From Candidatus Oxydemutatoraceae bacterium (GTDB taxonomy: Bacteria > Pseudomonadota > Gammaproteobacteria > Poriferisulfidales > Oxydemutatoraceae): a DNA stretch of 64,000 nt. This document shows positions 59,913 through 64,000 of the stretch, one piece after another. Location: positions 1,056,001-1,120,000 of the forward strand of contig CBDCOZ010000003.1 in assembly GCA_965220085.1 (NCBI GenBank), in the 5' to 3' direction. The translations under genes and the position numbers were made by a program. The notes beneath the pieces were generated by a model. The model was given only the letters and a program-made list of their open reading frames with translations. It searched no databases and had not been told where the DNA came from. Every line of letters begins with the position of its first letter. Within the stretch, counting starts at the first letter, position 1.

Positions 59913-61091
59913 TCAGACAATCCGGTGGGCGCGCAACAGGTATTCGTCGCTTTGCATTTCATGCAGCCGGCTTTGGGCGCGTTTGAATATCTCGCCGAGT
60001 TCGCCTTCGCGATACAGATTGTCAATCGTTGTTTCAGCCGAGAGAATCAGAGCCACATTGCGGTCATAGAATTCGTCGATCAGATGAATAAACCGGCGCG
60101 CTTTGTCGTCGCACAGATAAAATTCGGGCACACCCGACACGATGACCGTGTCATAGCAGTTGGCGATAGCGATATAGTCTTTTGCCGAACGGGGGCCGCC
60201 GCAAATGTGCTCAAAGTCAAACCATATCGTATTGTGAATCTTGTTCTCGATCGCTATTTTGCGATTATTGACAGTGACCGCTTTCGCATCGTGTCGGCTC
60301 GGGTCATATCCTGTCTCGCGCAGGAAGAATTTTTCTTCCAGCAGCCGATAGGTGTTATTGCTATGCGGGCAGAAGTAGGTGCCGGCTTTGCGCATATGCT
60401 TGGCGCGGAAATCCTCGCCGCAATCCAGATGGATGGCGTCGGTGTATGCTTCGAGCAATGCGATAGCGGGGGCGAAGCGTTCGTATTGCAAACCGCCCTT
60501 GTACAGGTCTTGCGGCGGCGTGTTTGATGTGACGACCAGCGCCATATCGCGCTCAAACAACCCTTTGAGAAACCGGTTCATGAGCATCGCGTCGACGATA
60601 TTCGTGATGTGAAACTCATCGATGCATAAGACTTTTGTGCGGCGGGAAAAATACGAAGCGACCGCTTCGACCGGGTCGGGTTGTCGGCGGCAGGATTGCA
60701 GCAACTCGTGCACTTCTTCCATAAAACGGTAAAAGTGCATTCGTTGCTTTTCGTTGTGCTCGAGCGATTCAAAGAATATGTCCATCAGAAAGGTCTTGCC
60801 GCTTCCGATGTTGCCCCAGAGAAAAATCCCTCTGGGCGGCGGCGCACACAGCCGGCGCTTGGCTCCGAACCATTTTTTCCAACGCGGCGTGTCGGATGAT
60901 TGTGTCAGCCTGTCCGACAGATCTTGAAACCTGTCTATGACTATGCGTTGCCGGTCATTGGGCCGGTGTCCCATCTGTTTCAGGGCGTCTTCGTATATAT
61001 GTGTCAGTCGGGACATCTTGGCTGGCATGGTGTTTTGCGGATAATGCTGATTGAAATGGTACGGGAGATTAAAATGTTCGCGTGTTTTCAC
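59913..61091 (-). CDS. zapE: Cell division ATPase ZapE (AFG1 family)
   Basis: RGIFLWGNIGSGKTFLMDIFF, RMHFYRFM, LCIDEF, TSNTPPQDLY, ARRFIHLIDEFYD, RAQSRLHEMQS; true start may be ~61028 or 61016. Confidence 0.92.
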   Translation of the reverse strand: MKTREHFNLPYHFNQHYPQNTMPAKMSRLTHIYEDALKQMGHRPNDRQRIVIDRFQDLSDRLTQSSDTPRWKKWFGAKRRLCAPPPRGIFLWGNIGSGKTFLMDIFFESLEHNEKQRMHFYRFMEEVHELLQSCRRQPDPVEAVASYFSRRTKVLCIDEFHITNIVDAMLMNRFLKGLFERDMALVVTSNTPPQDLYKGGLQYERFAPAIALLEAYTDAIHLDCGEDFRAKHMRKAGTYFCPHSNNTYRLLEEKFFLRETGYDPSRHDAKAVTVNNRKIAIENKIHNTIWFDFEHICGGPRSAKDYIAIANCYDTVIVSGVPEFYLCDDKARRFIHLIDEFYDRNVALILSAETTIDNLYREGELGEIFKRAQSRLHEMQSDEYLLRAHRIV

Positions 61092-61107
61092 GTGTTAAAA
61101 TTATACA

Positions 61108-62067
61108 ATGCAACATCATATTGACTATTTGGACTTTGAGCAACCGATCGCGGAGATTGACCTTAAATTGGAAGAACTCAAGCGCTTATCCGGCAACGAC
61201 GATTTGAATCTGGATCGCGAAATTGCGCAACTGGAAAAGAAGCGCGAGAAACTGGTTACCAATATCTATTCAAATTTGAGCGAATGGCAAATCGTCCGCA
61301 TTGCCCGTCATCCCAAGCGTCCGCACACCTCCGATTATATCGAACGCCTGATGACTGACTTTGAGGAACTGCACGGCGACCGGCAGTACGCCGATGACGC
61401 GTCCGTCATCGCCGGTATCGGCCGTCTCGGCGAGCGCTCTGTGGCGGTCGTCGGCCATCAGAAGGGGCGCGATACGGATGAAAAGATCCGGCGCAATTTC
61501 GGCATGCCGAGGCCGGAAGCCTATCGCAAAGCGGCGCGCATCTTTCGCCTTGCCGAACGTTTCGCGATGCCGATCATAACCTTTGTCGATACCCCGGGCG
61601 CGTATCCGGGGATTGACGCGGAAGAGAGAAACCAGAGCGCTGCGATTGCCGAGAACCTGCGCCTGATGTCCGCGCTGGAAGCGCCGATTATCAGCGTGGT
61701 AATCGGCGAGGGCGGTTCCGGCGGCGCATTGGCGATTGCGGTGTGCGATTACCTGTTCATGTTGCAGCACAGCATCTATTCGGTCATCTCCCCCGAAGGT
61801 TGCGCCTCTATTCTGTGGAAGAGCGCGGACAAAGCCGCTCAGGCCGCTCAGGCCATGTCGATCACATCGGACAAGCTGAAACAGTTGGAACTGGTTGACG
61901 AAATTGTCCCGGAGCCGCTCGGCGGCGCGCATTGCGATGCGGATAGCGCTTGCGCCCTGTTGCGGCCGCTCTTGCGCAAACAACTGGACAGCTTGTCGGA
62001 AATGCCCATTGATAAGTTGCTTGAGAGGCGTTACGAGCGCCTCACCGATGTCGGCCGCTTTAAGTAA
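61108..62067 (+). CDS. accA: Acetyl-CoA carboxylase carboxyltransferase alpha subunit
   Basis: YLDFEQPI, ARHPKRP, ELHGDR, DTPGAYPG, GEGGSGGALA, YSVISPEGCASILW. Confidence 0.97.
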   Translation: MQHHIDYLDFEQPIAEIDLKLEELKRLSGNDDLNLDREIAQLEKKREKLVTNIYSNLSEWQIVRIARHPKRPHTSDYIERLMTDFEELHGDRQYADDASVIAGIGRLGERSVAVVGHQKGRDTDEKIRRNFGMPRPEAYRKAARIFRLAERFAMPIITFVDTPGAYPGIDAEERNQSAAIAENLRLMSALEAPIISVVIGEGGSGGALAIAVCDYLFMLQHSIYSVISPEGCASILWKSADKAAQAAQAMSITSDKLKQLELVDEIVPEPLGGAHCDADSACALLRPLLRKQLDSLSEMPIDKLLERRYERLTDVGRFK

Positions 62068-62088
62068 GCGCGCCCCCCCGCAGGCAAT

Positions 62089-63423
62089 ATGATGAGCGAT
62101 AAAAACAAACTTGTCGATCGCGACCGAGCGCTCGCTTTCCCGCACCCGACATCCCCGAAAGAATTTATTGCCGCCGCGTTTAAGCGGCTGCAAGATGTGT
62201 TGCTGCTGACGCACAGCAAACGCATCGTGCTGGCTTATAGCGGCGGGTTGGATTCCAATGTGTTGCTGGATGTGCTCCGGCGTTTTGCGCGCGAGCAAGC
62301 GCCCGCGCTTGAGTTGCTTGCGGTACATATCAATCACGGCATCAGCGACGATGCCGATCGCTGGCAAGCGGCTTGCGAGAGCCGGGCGGCGCGGCTCGGA
62401 GTGCCGCTGGTGACAGAGCGCATTGAGATACCGCACAGCGCCAATGTTGAAGCGATTGCGCGCGAACATCGTTATCGCGCGCTCAGACGGCATCTCGTTG
62501 CAAACTCTGTGTTGTGCGCGGCACACCATCGCGCCGATCAGGCGGAAACCGTATTGCTCCGCCTCCTGCGCGGCGCCGGGCCGGCGGGTCTCTCGGCGAT
62601 GGCGGGCATATCGCGCTTTGCCCCCGGCTGGTTGGCGAGACCGTTGCTCGACCAGTCGCGCGATACGATTCGCGCCTACGCGCAGGCCGAAAACATCAAC
62701 TGGTCGGAGGATGAAAGCAATCGCAACACGGATTACTCGCGCAACCACATTCGCCGCCGAGTCATGCCGTTGCTCAAAACAAAGTGGCCCGGGTGCGATG
62801 CGACCCTCGCGCGGGCGGCGCGTCACCAGTCCGCGGCACAGGCAACCCTTGAAGCCGAAAGCCGGCGTTGGTTGGGCCGCTGTCTGGTCGGGAAAATGCT
62901 ATCGCGCAAAGCCTGTCGCGCGGTGCCTGCGATACGCCGCAATCCGGTTTTGCGAGCGTGGATCACATCGCATGGCGTCGCCGCGCCCGATGAGCAAAAG
63001 CTCATGACTCTGTGGCATAAGCTGATTGCGGGCGATGCGCAAAACGGAGCGGCGGTTGCGTGGTCCGGAGTGACGTTTCGTTTTTATCGCGGTTTGTTGT
63101 ACTTGGCAAAGATGCCCGAACACAAGGCCCCGCAAGACGACATCCGCTGGCAACGCGGCGCCGATATCAAAGTTCCCGAGCTCGGCATAACGCTTTATTG
63201 GCGTGATCTTGTGCGCCAAGCGCCGGAGTTGGAAAAGAGCGATGTCAGCCTGCGCTTTCGCAGCGGCAATGAGCTCTGCGGATACGCCGGCGGATGCCGC
63301 CGCCGCAGCTTGAAGAAACTCTTCCAGCAGAACGGAATTCCGCCGTGGGAGAGAAAGAACATACCGCTGATATATGCCGACGACAAACTCCGCCTGGTAT
63401 GGAATGTGGCGAGTTGCAAATGA
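62089..63423 (+). CDS. tilS: tRNA(Ile)-lysidine synthetase
   Basis: AYSGGLDS PP-loop, HINHG, AHHRADQAETVL, RPLL, EDESN, LKKLFQQNGIPPWER; accA-tilS synteny. Confidence 0.95.
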   Translation: MMSDKNKLVDRDRALAFPHPTSPKEFIAAAFKRLQDVLLLTHSKRIVLAYSGGLDSNVLLDVLRRFAREQAPALELLAVHINHGISDDADRWQAACESRAARLGVPLVTERIEIPHSANVEAIAREHRYRALRRHLVANSVLCAAHHRADQAETVLLRLLRGAGPAGLSAMAGISRFAPGWLARPLLDQSRDTIRAYAQAENINWSEDESNRNTDYSRNHIRRRVMPLLKTKWPGCDATLARAARHQSAAQATLEAESRRWLGRCLVGKMLSRKACRAVPAIRRNPVLRAWITSHGVAAPDEQKLMTLWHKLIAGDAQNGAAVAWSGVTFRFYRGLLYLAKMPEHKAPQDDIRWQRGADIKVPELGITLYWRDLVRQAPELEKSDVSLRFRSGNELCGYAGGCRRRSLKKLFQQNGIPPWERKNIPLIYADDKLRLVWNVASCK

Positions 63424-63447
63424 TTGCCGTTTCCGCCGCCGCAATAG

Positions 63448-64000
<553 letters not shown>

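Overview
GC-rich proteobacterial (probably gammaproteobacterial) chromosomal window. Housekeeping genes lie at both ends: a phoR-like 3' end, pstCAB with a Pho box, mdh and sdhCDAB-sdhE-ygfX on the left; zapE, accA, tilS and pyrG on the right. Between sdhC and zapE is a ~49 kb accessory array (10991-59835). It holds five co-oriented paralogous genes for Sec-exported, mostly giant adhesin-like proteins (4985 aa; ~5600 aa split by one frameshift; 1620, 1515 and 342 aa), built from Ca-binding/GLUG/FnIII-like modules, cadherin-like repeats and Cys-rich inserts. A low-GC cargo block follows (AAA/ABC-type ATPase, putative nuclease, Sel1 protein). The main signal is that all five array proteins, plus an unrelated secreted protein at 3968-4828, end in the same peptide (L/I)RLRLFLEGPLR-stop. 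Its DNA varies almost only at synonymous positions and uses all three stop codons, which points to a C-terminal sorting/anchoring signal I do not recognise as a named family. Two orphan copies of the motif bracket the array. Every array spacer appears to be a differently deleted relic of one IS481-like element; the spacers also carry VNTRs, a C21 tract and a MITE. All identifications were made by eye from the sequence and ORF translations; no searches were run.
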